DNA of 64,000 nucleotides from Polyangiaceae bacterium (GCA_050287085.1 JBNKBE010000003.1:319577-383576); one strand, 5' to 3'. Positions 36,685 to 47,042 are shown, counted from the stretch's first letter. Notes: generated by a model from the letters alone, not told the origin. Program-made: numbers and translations.

Positions 36685-37599
36685 ATGCCTGCGTTCGTCG
36701 ATCGCCTGCTCAGCGCCCAGCGCAACTTGGGCCACTGCTTGTGTGTCGGTCTGGATCCCCACCTCTCACACTTGCCTCCGCCCTTCCGCGTCGCTTCAAC
36801 CCCACGTACCGACTCGGCCACCATCAAGCAGGTGGAAGGCTTTCTGGACTGCGCTTTGGCCGCGCTGGCCGACACGGTGCCCGTTCTCAAGCCACAGTGT
36901 GCGTTTTTTGAACAGCTGGGCCCTGCCGGCTTCGCACTCCTTGCGCGGATTACCCAACGAGCACGCAGCCAAGGATTCCTCGTCATCATGGATGCGAAGC
37001 GAGGGGACATCGGCTCCACCGCCGCCGCCTACGCAAGCACCTTTCTGGCCCCCGGCGCCGAACTCGAGAGTGACGCCCTGACCGTCAACCCCTACCTCGG
37101 CATGGACAGCCTCGAACCGTTCCTCGCAGCGTGCGAACAACACGACAAGGGGCTATTTGTGTTGTGCAAGACGAGCAATCCGGGCTCGGGTGACTTCCAA
37201 GACCGTCTGGTGGAGGGCGAGCCGCTATTTTTGCACGTGGCCAGGCTCCTGAGTAGCCAGGCTCCAAGACTCGGCAGCAGTGTCACGGCCTGGTCCGGTC
37301 TCGGCCTGGTCGTGGGCGCGACCCACAGCCAACACGCGGAAAGCATTCGTCGAGCTTGCCCGAGCGGCCTTTTTCTGGTGCCCGGCCTGGGCGCCCAGGG
37401 CGCCGCCCCGGAAGACTGCGTCCGTGGGTTCGTTCCTAGCGCTCAGGGCCTCGAAGGCGGCATCGTTTCCGCAAGCCGAAGTGTGCTCTTTCCGCCCGCG
37501 GCCGCCCAGGCTCAAAGGGAGGAGGAGGTATACGACGCCATCAAAGCGAGCGCGCAGCAGACCGCCCGGGCCATGGCCGCCGCCTGTCGCGAGACATGA
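36685..37599 (+). CDS. pyrF: Orotidine-5'-phosphate decarboxylase
   Basis: LCVGLDP, KPQCAFFE, DAKRGDIGST, TVNPYLG, KTSNPGS, VVGAT, LVPGLGAQG. Confidence 0.95.
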   Translation: MPAFVDRLLSAQRNLGHCLCVGLDPHLSHLPPPFRVASTPRTDSATIKQVEGFLDCALAALADTVPVLKPQCAFFEQLGPAGFALLARITQRARSQGFLVIMDAKRGDIGSTAAAYASTFLAPGAELESDALTVNPYLGMDSLEPFLAACEQHDKGLFVLCKTSNPGSGDFQDRLVEGEPLFLHVARLLSSQAPRLGSSVTAWSGLGLVVGATHSQHAESIRRACPSGLFLVPGLGAQGAAPEDCVRGFVPSAQGLEGGIVSASRSVLFPPAAAQAQREEEVYDAIKASAQQTARAMAAACRET

Positions 37600-37671
37600 A
37601 CACGTAGTTCGCTCTGGGCTACCGCCTCGGCGATCGTTGCATGATCGGCCCCGACCCGGCAAAGTAGCCCT

Positions 37672-38850
37672 GTGCTCAGGCTCTCGTTTCGCCCCGCGCA
37701 GAAACCGCCGGCTGCTCCGACCTGGCGCGACGCGCAGCTCTTCGTGGGGCTAACGCCGTCGGAAATGGACTGGCTCGAGAGACACATCGTCGAGCTTCAA
37801 CTCGCGCCCGAGCAGATCTTGGTACGCGAAGGGGACACCGGACACGAGCTGTACGCGATCCTCACCGGACAGCTTTCAGTTACCAAAAGAGAAGAGCACT
37901 CCACCCGCGCGCATGAGCTCAAGGTGCTGGGTCCGGGCGACGTTGCGGGCGAACTCGAGGTGCTCGATCCGAAAGGGCGGGCTGCAACTGTGACCGCCCT
38001 TTCACGGTGTCGAATCGCCGTCGTCAACCTCCAACAGCTCCGGCACCAGGACGCGTCCCCTACAAAGCTCGCAGAAGGCATCTATTTCAAGCTGGTTGCC
38101 AACCTGGCCAGCTCGGTCGCCGCAAAGCTACGAGACGGCAGTGCCGACGCCGTTCACGCTGCGCATCGGCGCTCAGCGATGGGAGAGCTGATCGTCAACG
38201 TCATCATCCTGCTGTGTCTCTACGTGCTGCTCGTGGCGTCACTATCGTCGCTGGGCCTCAAGCCCAACAACACGATGGTCATCAGCCTCCCTCTGCTGCT
38301 CGTCTTCGGGTTCGCAAGTTGGCGCTTCATACGTACCAGCGGTTATCCGGTCCGAACATTTGGGCTGACCCTTCGGGGACTGCCTCGCAGCATTGGCGAG
38401 AGCATCGTCGCCACGCTTCTTCTTCTGCTGCTAACCACCGGTATCAAGTGGATTCTCCTGCAAACCGACTCTGCATACGAGCAATCAAGACTGATACAAT
38501 ACCCCGATGTCCTCGCTCGCCTGAGTTCGCCAAGAACCCGCGTGCTCGTGGCAGTCTACGCCCTGTCGGCGGCCGTGCAGGAATTCATCGTACGGGGGGC
38601 CCTTCAGAGCATGCTTCAACAGTTCCTCGTGGGTCCGCGTGCGCTGCAGAAGGCCATTCTCGTGTGCGCGCTGCTGTTTTCAGTCAGCCACCTGCACACC
38701 GGCGTACTGTTTCCACTATTGGTCTTTCTTCCGGGTGTGCTGTGGGGGTGGCTCTTCGCGCGCCACAGGAACATCGTCGGAGTGACCCTCTCGCATGTAG
38801 CGCTCGGCGCGTACGTGTTCTTTGTTCTGGGCATTAAGTTGGCTTCCTAA
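37672..38850 (+). CDS. Cyclic-nucleotide-binding domain fused to a CPBP (CAAX/Abi) intramembrane protease-like domain
   Basis: REGDTGHELYAILTG and GELEVLD...RAATVTA (cNMP cassette); multi-TM C-half with QEFIVRG, LFSVSHLH, WGWLFARHRNIVGVTLSH. Confidence 0.85.
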   Translation: MLRLSFRPAQKPPAAPTWRDAQLFVGLTPSEMDWLERHIVELQLAPEQILVREGDTGHELYAILTGQLSVTKREEHSTRAHELKVLGPGDVAGELEVLDPKGRAATVTALSRCRIAVVNLQQLRHQDASPTKLAEGIYFKLVANLASSVAAKLRDGSADAVHAAHRRSAMGELIVNVIILLCLYVLLVASLSSLGLKPNNTMVISLPLLLVFGFASWRFIRTSGYPVRTFGLTLRGLPRSIGESIVATLLLLLLTTGIKWILLQTDSAYEQSRLIQYPDVLARLSSPRTRVLVAVYALSAAVQEFIVRGALQSMLQQFLVGPRALQKAILVCALLFSVSHLHTGVLFPLLVFLPGVLWGWLFARHRNIVGVTLSHVALGAYVFFVLGIKLAS

Positions 38851-38944
38851 GGGCCTGCGAGGGCGAGTCATCCTGTGCCGCCTGGCAAAACCCGGTCCCG
38901 ACCAAACCATTGCTCTCGTTGCCCGCGGGCAATCATCGTTGCAG

Positions 38945-40036
38945 CTACGGCTCTCGGGTAGGCGTCGGGACTTTGACGCGGTCTGCGGCCGTCACTCCAC
39001 TCAGGACTTCCGCGTTGATCCCATCGCTGAGTCCCAGCTTTATCTGGCGTCGCTCAAACCGTTGCGGGGCTACCTCCACGTCGACGAAGGTGTCTTCCTT
39101 TTCGAAGGAAACCACGCCTTCCGGAAGCGTCAGCACTTGCTGACGTGCGTCGAGAATCACATCGGCATTCGCACTGTAGTTGGCGCGCAGCAGCGTCCCC
39201 GATTGGATATCGACCTTCGCTCGCACCTCGAATTCGATCGTTCCCTCCACCTCCACCCCCTTGGGAGCGATGTATTCCAGCCGCCCCGAGAACGTCTTTC
39301 CCTGGATAGCCCCAACGCGGATGGTCACGGGCATTTGAGGAACGAGTCGCCCAACCTCGCTCTCGTCGACCTGCCCCTTGAAGACGAGGTCGCCCATGTC
39401 CGCTATCGTCGCGATGGTCGTTCCTTCATTGAAGTTATTCGACTCGATCACCGAGCCTCCTACTTCCACGGGCACTTCAAGCACCGTTCCCGCCAGGGTG
39501 GCCGTCACCTGGTTCGAACTCGTACCGGCTCCGCGCACCGCCCCCTCGCGGACAAGTACCAAATTGTTCTTGGCCGCACGTAGCTCTTCGCGGCTCAACT
39601 CGTCGTCGAGCACCGACTTGTTGTATTCGGCGGCCCCCACCAACTGCTGCTCGTGGAGACGCTCCAGCCTCAGCTTCTCCGTCTCGGCGACACGCGCGTT
39701 GATCTTCGCGGCCGCTACCCGTGCCTCCGCGGCGTTGACACTAACAACGTTGGGAATGATTCGGATTAGCGCAAGCAGGTCACCGGCCTCGACTTGTTGC
39801 CCGGGTGCCACACGGAGCTCGCGAATGATCCCCGAGACCCTGGGCTTGATAGCCACTTCCCGGCGAGGAACGATAGCCCCCGCGGCGACTGTCTTCTCCG
39901 TAATGTCGCGCACGGTTGGAACGACCGTCTCGAACACCACCGGTCTCTGCTGAGACTTCTGCCACAAGAAAAACAGTGTCCAGCCGAATCCCAATAGGAC
40001 GATCAGAACGACAAGCCATGGGACAAGGCGTTTCAT
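38945..40036 (-). CDS. MacA/HlyD-like periplasmic adaptor
   Basis: N-terminal TM; IKPRVSGII...GQQVEAGD lipoyl half; VDESEVG; LRANYSANA. Confidence 0.9.
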   Translation of the reverse strand: MKRLVPWLVVLIVLLGFGWTLFFLWQKSQQRPVVFETVVPTVRDITEKTVAAGAIVPRREVAIKPRVSGIIRELRVAPGQQVEAGDLLALIRIIPNVVSVNAAEARVAAAKINARVAETEKLRLERLHEQQLVGAAEYNKSVLDDELSREELRAAKNNLVLVREGAVRGAGTSSNQVTATLAGTVLEVPVEVGGSVIESNNFNEGTTIATIADMGDLVFKGQVDESEVGRLVPQMPVTIRVGAIQGKTFSGRLEYIAPKGVEVEGTIEFEVRAKVDIQSGTLLRANYSANADVILDARQQVLTLPEGVVSFEKEDTFVDVEVAPQRFERRQIKLGLSDGINAEVLSGVTAADRVKVPTPTREP

Positions 40037-40292
40037 CGAGACCCCCTACCCGTAGCAGGCCCACCACCGCAAGTGCCGTTTGCCATCCGCGTGAGGGCTA
40101 CGCCTCTGAACCAGGTCCGCTCGTATTCTGTCATTGGGGCTGTGTCATGGGTCCGCTCGAGACTCGACTCGGGGTGCGAAGGGGAAGTGCTCTTTGAGGT
40201 GTAGCAGACAATACCAGAGAGAAGGTGCCCGCCACGGGGCTCGAGGTGTCCGGCCCCATCCAGCTGGTGACCGCGTCTTGCACTTGTCGGCT

Positions 40293-41549
40293 TCAGCCAT
40301 CCGCAGCAAGAGCTGTTACCGGTTGAATACGCGCGGCAAATCGAGCTGGCGCATAGCCAGCAAGCAACCCCACGGCGAGCAGCACCAGTACTAGAAGGCC
40401 AGCAACCCCAAGGTCGATACTGGGAGCGCCCATGGGGGCATCACTCGAAACCAGGAGCCGCCCGGCGCCTTCGAGCATCAACACCCCAGCGGCAAGCCCA
40501 GCGTACCCGCTCACCAACGTCAGAACCAGTGTCTCTTGCACCACGAGCGATGCGATCGCTCCCGGAGTGGCCCCCAGAGCCTTGCGAACCCCAATCTCGC
40601 GCGTCCGCTCCTTGACGGTGATGAGCATGATGTTGCTGACCCCCAGCGCCGCCGCCAGCAAGGTTGCGATGCTGACAAACCAGGTGAACGCCCGCACACC
40701 GAGGAACAACTTGCCCACGCGAGCAAACTTCGCGCCCACGTTGAAGGAGCCAAGGGCACGCCGATCGTCCGGATGAACCAAGTGCTGGCGCTTCAGCACA
40801 CTTAGAAGCTGTTGCTCAAAGTCCTCCGCGCTCACGTCGTCGCGAGCCATGGCGGCAAACCAGCCCACCCGACCCCCGAAGTTGAAGGTGCGTTGAAACG
40901 TGGAGAATGGAACGTGAACCGTGCTGTTCTGGCGATCGCCTTGTTGTCCGCTACGATCCGAATCGAACACACCGACGACCTTGAATTGAATCCCTTTGAT
41001 CGCGATGTAGCGGCCTAGCACGTCAGGTTGCCCCTGAAATAAGACGCGCCGTACTTGCTCTCCGATCACAGCCACCTTGCGCTCCGCTTGCAGATCGAGG
41101 CGGTTCAGGAACCGCCCTCGATAGGCAGAAATGCCGTCGATTTCCGCCAGGGCCGGGTAGTCACCCATCACCGCAAAATTGCCAGCCTTAGCACCGTAGC
41201 TAACGTCGTTACCGTCGCGATATCCCCCGAGCTGCGCGCGAGGTGCCAAGTGAACCAGGCCGGGAACGCCCCGCAGCAACGCCTCAATATCATCTACGTT
41301 GAGACCAACGCGCCGCCCCGGGGCAAAGCCCCTGAAGGGCAACGCGGTGCGCTGGCCCCATAGGTAAACGCTATTGCTGACGAAGCCCAGCATCTTCTGA
41401 GACACACCACGCTGCAACCCCGCTCCAAAACCGAGCATGATGACCAACATGAACACGCCCCAGAATATTCCACTCGCCGTCATTAGGGTACGCCACGGGT
41501 TCTGCCGCAACGTGTCGATGACTTCCTGCCATGTATCGCGATCGAGCAT
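40293..41549 (-). CDS. MacB/FtsX-family ABC permease
   Basis: RTLMTASGIFWG, GRFLN, GVSNIMLITVKERTREIGVRKALGA, PARFAARIQPVTAL. Confidence 0.92.
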   Translation of the reverse strand: MLDRDTWQEVIDTLRQNPWRTLMTASGIFWGVFMLVIMLGFGAGLQRGVSQKMLGFVSNSVYLWGQRTALPFRGFAPGRRVGLNVDDIEALLRGVPGLVHLAPRAQLGGYRDGNDVSYGAKAGNFAVMGDYPALAEIDGISAYRGRFLNRLDLQAERKVAVIGEQVRRVLFQGQPDVLGRYIAIKGIQFKVVGVFDSDRSGQQGDRQNSTVHVPFSTFQRTFNFGGRVGWFAAMARDDVSAEDFEQQLLSVLKRQHLVHPDDRRALGSFNVGAKFARVGKLFLGVRAFTWFVSIATLLAAALGVSNIMLITVKERTREIGVRKALGATPGAIASLVVQETLVLTLVSGYAGLAAGVLMLEGAGRLLVSSDAPMGAPSIDLGVAGLLVLVLLAVGLLAGYAPARFAARIQPVTALAADG

Positions 41550-42775
41550 CAGCTGCCCCTCATGGCGATGGCAGGCTTGACGCGAGCAGCCCGTAGGGCA
41601 GGCACCAAGCCCGCCAAGGCCCCGGTGACAATCAGTAGCAGGGTGGCTCCCAGGGCCGCGCCAAAGTCGACCGATGGGTTGGTGAAGTATTCGTTGTCGG
41701 GAATGATCTGGGCCAACGCCTCAACTACGCCAGCGGCCACCACCAACCCCAAGTAGCCAGCTCCGGTTGTTACCAGCAGCGCCTCAATCAGAACGCTGCG
41801 CAGAATGACGGCCGGCGTAGCCCCAATCGCCTTGCGAATCCCAAACTCTACCGTGCGCTCTCGAACCGAGATCAGCATGATATTGCCGACTCCCACCATC
41901 CCCGCCAGCAGCGTCCCAATGCCAACAAGCCAGACGAAGGCTCCGATCCAGTCGAAGACCTGCGTCACTTTCATGTAAGCCTCCAGGTTGTTGTGAACCC
42001 GAACCGCTCTAGCGTCTCGGGGATCAAAAGCATGCCGCTGCCCGAGCAGCTGACGCGTCTTGTCGACGAGCGCCCGACTCTCGTTCACGTCGTTCGACGC
42101 TACCGTAAACATCAACTGATGGATGTGATCTTGCCCGTGGTACACGAGCTGAGCCGTGGAAATCGGAACATAGATCTTGCGAAGCTCTCCCTGTTCACCC
42201 TCGTCGGTATACAGACCAACGATACGATAGTTCGCACCCCCAACCTCGATGAACTCCCCAATCGGATCCTTGTCGCCGAATAGGGTACTCTTCACCTCCG
42301 GTCCGATGACGGCGACCTTGCGCCGCTCGCGAAGATCTCGCTCGTTGATGAAGCGTCCTGAAAGGAGCAAGGTCTTCTCCAGATGCAAGTGATCTGGATG
42401 GCAACCTCGAACGTCGAACGTCCCGGATTTCTCGCGATAGCGCACGGAGAAGGTGCCGCGCGGAAAGAAGCGCCCCGTGATGCGCTCAATGCCGGGTATG
42501 TGTCGTTGCAGCGCTGGCACGTCCCCGTTATCAAAAACGATGTCTCGCCCCACAGGCTTTCCCACGAAGGGCAGCGAAGTCTTGCCCGGATTGATCCAAA
42601 GGCTGTTGGTCGCATCATCCTTGAAGTCAGCCTTGACTCCCTCGTGCAGACCCCGACCCGCGGCCAATAGTATGACGAGCATGAATATCCCCCACGCAAC
42701 ACTGAGAGCCGTCAGTCCAGTGCGCAGGCGGTTTCGCCACAGCAAAGAGAATAGTTCTCCCAGCTCCTCCGTCAA
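41549..42775 (-). CDS. MacB/FtsX-family ABC permease
   Basis: RTGLTALSVAWG, GRFIN, GVGNIMLISVRERTVEFGIRKAIGA, PALRAARVKPAIAM. Confidence 0.92.
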   Translation of the reverse strand: MTEELGELFSLLWRNRLRTGLTALSVAWGIFMLVILLAAGRGLHEGVKADFKDDATNSLWINPGKTSLPFVGKPVGRDIVFDNGDVPALQRHIPGIERITGRFFPRGTFSVRYREKSGTFDVRGCHPDHLHLEKTLLLSGRFINERDLRERRKVAVIGPEVKSTLFGDKDPIGEFIEVGGANYRIVGLYTDEGEQGELRKIYVPISTAQLVYHGQDHIHQLMFTVASNDVNESRALVDKTRQLLGQRHAFDPRDARAVRVHNNLEAYMKVTQVFDWIGAFVWLVGIGTLLAGMVGVGNIMLISVRERTVEFGIRKAIGATPAVILRSVLIEALLVTTGAGYLGLVVAAGVVEALAQIIPDNEYFTNPSVDFGAALGATLLLIVTGALAGLVPALRAARVKPAIAMRGS

Positions 42776-43494
42776 CGCATTGTCTCCCGAGCGAGCTCCG
42801 TCGCAGCGTCCCGCATCACCCGCCCATCGCGCAACGACACGATCCGTTTGGCGCGTTGCGCGATGTCCTGCTCGTGGGTGACCAGCAAGATCGTGTTTCC
42901 TTCATCGTTGACTTCCCCCAGCAGGTCCATCAATCGATGAGAAGTCTCTGAATCGAGAGCGCCCGTGGGTTCATCCGCGAGGATCAGCTTCGGCTCTGTA
43001 ATCAGAGCTCTGGCAACGGCCACACGTTGCTTTTGGCCCCCCGATAGTTCTCCAGGTAGGTGTTTGGCGCGCTCCTCAAGCCCGACCTTCCGAAGGTAGA
43101 CCATCGCTCGCTCCATTCGTTCTCGGCGCCGCACGCCTTGATAGTAGAGGGGCAGTGCGACGTTCTCCTGCGCCGTCTTAAACGCCAGCAGGTTGAAAGC
43201 CTGGAAAATGAAACCGATGAAACGGTTCCGATAGTGCGCTGCCCGACGTTCACTCAGCCGCTCGATACGCTCTCCCGCCAGCCGATAGGCGCCCGAGTCG
43301 TAGCTATCCAACAAGCCCAGCACGTTGAGCAACGTGGACTTCCCGGAGCCAGAAGAGCCCATGATGGCAACAAACTCGCCGGCGCGCACCGACAGGTCAA
43401 TGTTCCGCAAGACCGGTAGAGACGTCGCCCCCATGACGTAGCTCTTACATAAGCTCTCGAGCTCGATAAGCGGCGGTTCACTCACGCCGCCCAC
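42772..43494 (-). CDS. ABC transporter ATP-binding protein (MacB/LolD-like)
   Basis: [33 protein letters not shown]. Confidence 0.95.
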   Translation of the reverse strand: MGGVSEPPLIELESLCKSYVMGATSLPVLRNIDLSVRAGEFVAIMGSSGSGKSTLLNVLGLLDSYDSGAYRLAGERIERLSERRAAHYRNRFIGFIFQAFNLLAFKTAQENVALPLYYQGVRRRERMERAMVYLRKVGLEERAKHLPGELSGGQKQRVAVARALITEPKLILADEPTGALDSETSHRLMDLLGEVNDEGNTILLVTHEQDIAQRAKRIVSLRDGRVMRDAATELARETMR

Positions 43495-43746
43495 GACTCC
43501 ACGCTACCGCTAGCGGTCCCCATTCGAAAGCTGGCAAGCGGCCTATTCGCCTCGGATGACGAGACTAGAACTCGTGTTGGCTGCACCGACAGGTCATAGA
43601 GAGCTCACCTGTAGGTGTAAAGCCCCACCGCTCTGTGAGGGCATGACCTACGAATCCCTACGTCTCGTCGCACTGCCCCCTGAACGCCGAACAGCACAAG
43701 GTATAATGGCCCCGCACCAAGGTGCCGTATTAAGCTGGAAAGTCGC

Positions 43747-46203
43747 ATGTCCAAACAGATTCACTGTCACGCGTGTAGCACCCAGTTCGCGGTATCCGCA
43801 GAACTCTACGAGAAGCATTTCGCTGGCAAGAAAGCGATTGTGAAGTGTCGACGCTGCGGCGCACACATCTCGGTAGACGCGCGTGGAGACTCCCTCCGCT
43901 GTGAAACCGTCCGCCCTTCTTCGGTGCCACTCGGCCCTTCGAGTTCCCCAGCGTCGAGCTCGATGTTGGGCTCTTCCAGCCCCGCCCCGGCCAACCCCCC
44001 GAGCGCCGCGAGCAGTCCAGCCGGTCGCAATCCGCCCGCCACCGCATCCCAGGAACAGGCCACTGAAGCTCCAAGGAGCACTTCGCTGAGCGATGCAGCA
44101 ACGGCGCCGCCGCCAGCCGCCAGGAACGAGCCGGCGCGACAGGTGCCGTTTCAGGAGCCCGCTCCGACCGCCCCCGTTTTGCCGCGTCCCGCCGCCAAGG
44201 GAGGGCTGGAAGCGTTGAAAACGTCGCTTCACCGCCGGGCCGGCACGCCTAGCTTCACGATCCCGAAGCCAGAGTCCGTATTGGGCGGAGCCGCCGTCGC
44301 TGCGCTGTCGAAGCACGAGCCTCCGAGCCCAAGTCGCGACCCCGAAGCCAAGGCGCCCGGCGAGCCTCCGAACCCAAGTCCCGAAGCCAAGGCGCCCGGC
44401 GAGCCGAGCCCAAGTCCCGAAGGCAAAGCCAAGGAACCTGGCGAACCGAGCGCCCAAGAGGCCCCTCACGAGCCGGCGCCTCCGCTCAGCGCCTACGAGT
44501 CGCGCGTCAAGACCGCTGCGCCCGGCAGCGCTCTCGGCGGCAGAGCCAGCTCCAGCAAGTTCAAGGGCACGCTTGTGGGTCTACAGGCCCCCGGCTTCGG
44601 CGGTCCGGAAAACCCGACCGTTCCGGAGCAGCCCGCCGCCAAACAGCGATCCGGTCACCATGAGGTCGTAACCCACGACGAGAGCCCACGCCCGCTTCGC
44701 GCGCGCCCGGCGAGCCCCCCCCGCCGGGCGCGGGACTTCGGCGCCACCATGGTCGGCGTTGCCCCGCCCGCGTTCGGAAGCGCCCCACAACCCGAGGCGA
44801 CCGACGATCTATCGGTCATCGCCGAGTTCCCACCCGATGAGGCGGTACCCGCCAGCGCCGCGGAGCCGGCAGCCAGACACCCAGGAGAACTAGACTTAGA
44901 CTTCTCGCCGGAAGAACTGATCGAAGCGGCTTTTGATGCCGAGGTCGGGACCTTGCGTCGCCACGACCCCGCCGCTACCGAATCGCCCCTGGGAACAGCG
45001 TCGCCCGACGCCAGTGGCTCAAGCGCTCCCCATGCCGAACCCTCCGACGCGGGGGCTGCCCCAAACGACTCCAGCGATCTGGCCAAGCTGGAAGTCAGCG
45101 CCGAGGCAGTGCCCACGTCCGACGCGAGTCTCCCGCCGTCGAGCGGAGAGGCTTTGACTGGTGATGACCTATCGCTGGGGGCCGATGAAGGGCCGTCCGC
45201 ATGGTTGGCGGAACAGGGTGACGAACGCGTATCCACCCCACCTATCACCGTCGAAGAGTCTTCGGAACGTCCTCCTCCCGGCGCGGTAGCCCTTGATGCC
45301 GTCCGGTCAGAGCCTGCGAGAAAGTCGCGTGGTCGAACGTGGGCCATCGCCGCGGCCACCGTCGCTCTCAGCGCCGGCGGCGCGGGTCTCTTGTGGTGGC
45401 AAACGCAACCTGGCGGACGCCTCGCGCACTGGATTGGCGGCGGCTCGATATCCGGACGAACCGCAAACCCAGCGACTGCAACCCGCACCGGCCCGCCTGA
45501 GTTGTCGGCGGCTCCCGCGGCGGAGCCCCGGGCTCCCGAGCTCAGGCGAGCGCCCGAGGGCGTTCCGGCGTCCAAAGACCCCGCTTCCGCAGACGAGTCG
45601 CTGAACGCCGCGCCCGTTCAACAAGCAAATCCAGAGGGGGTCCCTCCGGCTCCAACAGGGGTGAAGGCGACACCAGGCCGGCTACCCGCAGTGCAAGCAA
45701 AGGAAACACCCTCCGAACCCATCCGAGCGCTAGCTCCCGCTCCGGAACCCGATCCGAGCGCGCAAGCGGAGCCCAGCGATCCACCCGATCCGAGTGCGCA
45801 AGCGGAGCCCAGCGATCCACCCGACCCGAGCGCGCAAGCGGAGCCCAGCGATCCACCCGATCCGGATGCGCAAACAGAGCCGCTCGATCCCGACGAGGGG
45901 TCCGCTCCCGCCCCCGGCCTCGACCAAGTCCCCCCCAGCGTGGGCGCGGATCACGTCAGCGCCTTGATGAGCGTTGCGATCCGTCGAGCTCAGCGCTGCC
46001 ATCCGGGTGGACACGCCGTCGGCACCGCCACCGTGTTCGTCACCTTTGGACAGGACGGGGCCGTGAGCGACGCTCACCTAGTCGGCGAGCCGCTGGCAAG
46101 CGCGCCGGTCGCCTCCTGCATTTTGGGGCATGTTCGAGTGCTTTCAGTGCCTCCCTTCGACGACGCCCCGTTTGTCGTCTCAGCGCCGATCGAACTACGG
46201 TAA
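43747..46203 (+). CDS. Zinc-ribbon (MJ0042-type) plus Pro-rich linker plus TM plus C-terminal TonB-C-like domain protein (AgmX/GltJ-like architecture)
   Basis: CHAC...CRRC; long P/A/S/E-rich region; TM WAIAAATVALSAGGAGLLWW; C-terminus AQRC...GTATVFVTFGQDGAV...VASCI...VPPFD. Confidence 0.75.
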   Translation: MSKQIHCHACSTQFAVSAELYEKHFAGKKAIVKCRRCGAHISVDARGDSLRCETVRPSSVPLGPSSSPASSSMLGSSSPAPANPPSAASSPAGRNPPATASQEQATEAPRSTSLSDAATAPPPAARNEPARQVPFQEPAPTAPVLPRPAAKGGLEALKTSLHRRAGTPSFTIPKPESVLGGAAVAALSKHEPPSPSRDPEAKAPGEPPNPSPEAKAPGEPSPSPEGKAKEPGEPSAQEAPHEPAPPLSAYESRVKTAAPGSALGGRASSSKFKGTLVGLQAPGFGGPENPTVPEQPAAKQRSGHHEVVTHDESPRPLRARPASPPRRARDFGATMVGVAPPAFGSAPQPEATDDLSVIAEFPPDEAVPASAAEPAARHPGELDLDFSPEELIEAAFDAEVGTLRRHDPAATESPLGTASPDASGSSAPHAEPSDAGAAPNDSSDLAKLEVSAEAVPTSDASLPPSSGEALTGDDLSLGADEGPSAWLAEQGDERVSTPPITVEESSERPPPGAVALDAVRSEPARKSRGRTWAIAAATVALSAGGAGLLWWQTQPGGRLAHWIGGGSISGRTANPATATRTGPPELSAAPAAEPRAPELRRAPEGVPASKDPASADESLNAAPVQQANPEGVPPAPTGVKATPGRLPAVQAKETPSEPIRALAPAPEPDPSAQAEPSDPPDPSAQAEPSDPPDPSAQAEPSDPPDPDAQTEPLDPDEGSAPAPGLDQVPPSVGADHVSALMSVAIRRAQRCHPGGHAVGTATVFVTFGQDGAVSDAHLVGEPLASAPVASCILGHVRVLSVPPFDDAPFVVSAPIELR
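44323..44450. repeat. Imperfect coding tandem repeat (PSPSPEAKAPGE-like, about 3 copies)
   Basis: cccgaagccaaggcgcccggcgag is duplicated, plus a diverged third copy. Confidence 0.75.
45748..45891. repeat. 36-bp coding tandem repeat (PDPSAQAEPSDP x3 plus diverged 4th)
   Basis: cccgatccgagcgcgcaagcggagcccagcgatcca units at 45748, 45784, 45820 and 45856. Confidence 0.9.
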
Positions 46204-46244
46204 TTGCGCAATCGCAGACTCGCTGCTTCAATGCGCGGCGCGTC

Positions 46245-47042
46245 ATGCTCCCAGATCTTGGACTCTACCTTTCCATCGGCGCGGTCGCCGGCACAGCCGC
46301 CGGACTGCTGGGAGTCGGTGGGGGCATCGTAATAGTGCCAGCCCTCACCTGGGTGCTGGCCACGCGCGGGCTCGCACCTGAGCAAGTGGGTCAGGTGGCC
46401 GTCGGCACTTCGCTCGCCACGATTCTCCCCACGTCTCTCTCGTCGATCTGGGCTCATCACCAGCGCGGCGCGGTGCTGTGGCCTTACGTCGCACGCCTCA
46501 CGCCGGGGATCCTCGCGGGCAGTGTACTGGGAGCCAAGGTCGCACTCGCCCTGCCGAGCGCTTGGCTGCAGTCCGCCTTCGGGGTATTCGCGCTGATCGC
46601 CAGCGCTCGCATGCTCCGAGCGGCGCTGCGCACGGAACCGATCCGGGATGGCCATACCTCGAGCGCCCCGCGTTTCCTAGCCCCGGCCGGGCTCGGTATC
46701 GGAACCTTCTCCAGCTTCTTCGGCATCGGCGGTGGAACGCTCACGGTCCCGCTGCTGCGCGCCTTTGACGTCGGGATACGCAGTGCTGTCGGCACCTCCG
46801 CAGCCTGTGGCCTGCCCATCGCTCTAGCAGGTGCCACGACCTTTACGTTCGCAACCCCAACCCCACCGATTCACGGCGCGGTCGGCTACGTACTGGGTAC
46901 GGCGTGGCTTGGGGTCGCCCTGGCCAGCATCGTCACCGCGCGGCTCGGCGCCGCGCTGGCGCACCGCATCTCGCGCAACAGGCTGCAAGCGCTTTTTGCC
47001 TGCCTGCTAGCGATAGCAGCCGTGAAGATGTTGCTGCGCTAG
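46245..47042 (+). CDS. TauE/SafE (TSUP) family transporter
   Basis: AGLLGVGGGIVIVP, AVGTSLA, FFGIGGGTLTVP, AVGTSAA. Confidence 0.92.
   Translation: MLPDLGLYLSIGAVAGTAAGLLGVGGGIVIVPALTWVLATRGLAPEQVGQVAVGTSLATILPTSLSSIWAHHQRGAVLWPYVARLTPGILAGSVLGAKVALALPSAWLQSAFGVFALIASARMLRAALRTEPIRDGHTSSAPRFLAPAGLGIGTFSSFFGIGGGTLTVPLLRAFDVGIRSAVGTSAACGLPIALAGATTFTFATPTPPIHGAVGYVLGTAWLGVALASIVTARLGAALAHRISRNRLQALFACLLAIAAVKMLLR

Noticed and set aside
37672..38850. Pycsar/CBASS anti-phage effector
   Set aside because: No adjacent cyclase or nucleotidyltransferase; the neighbours are pyrF and an ABC exporter.
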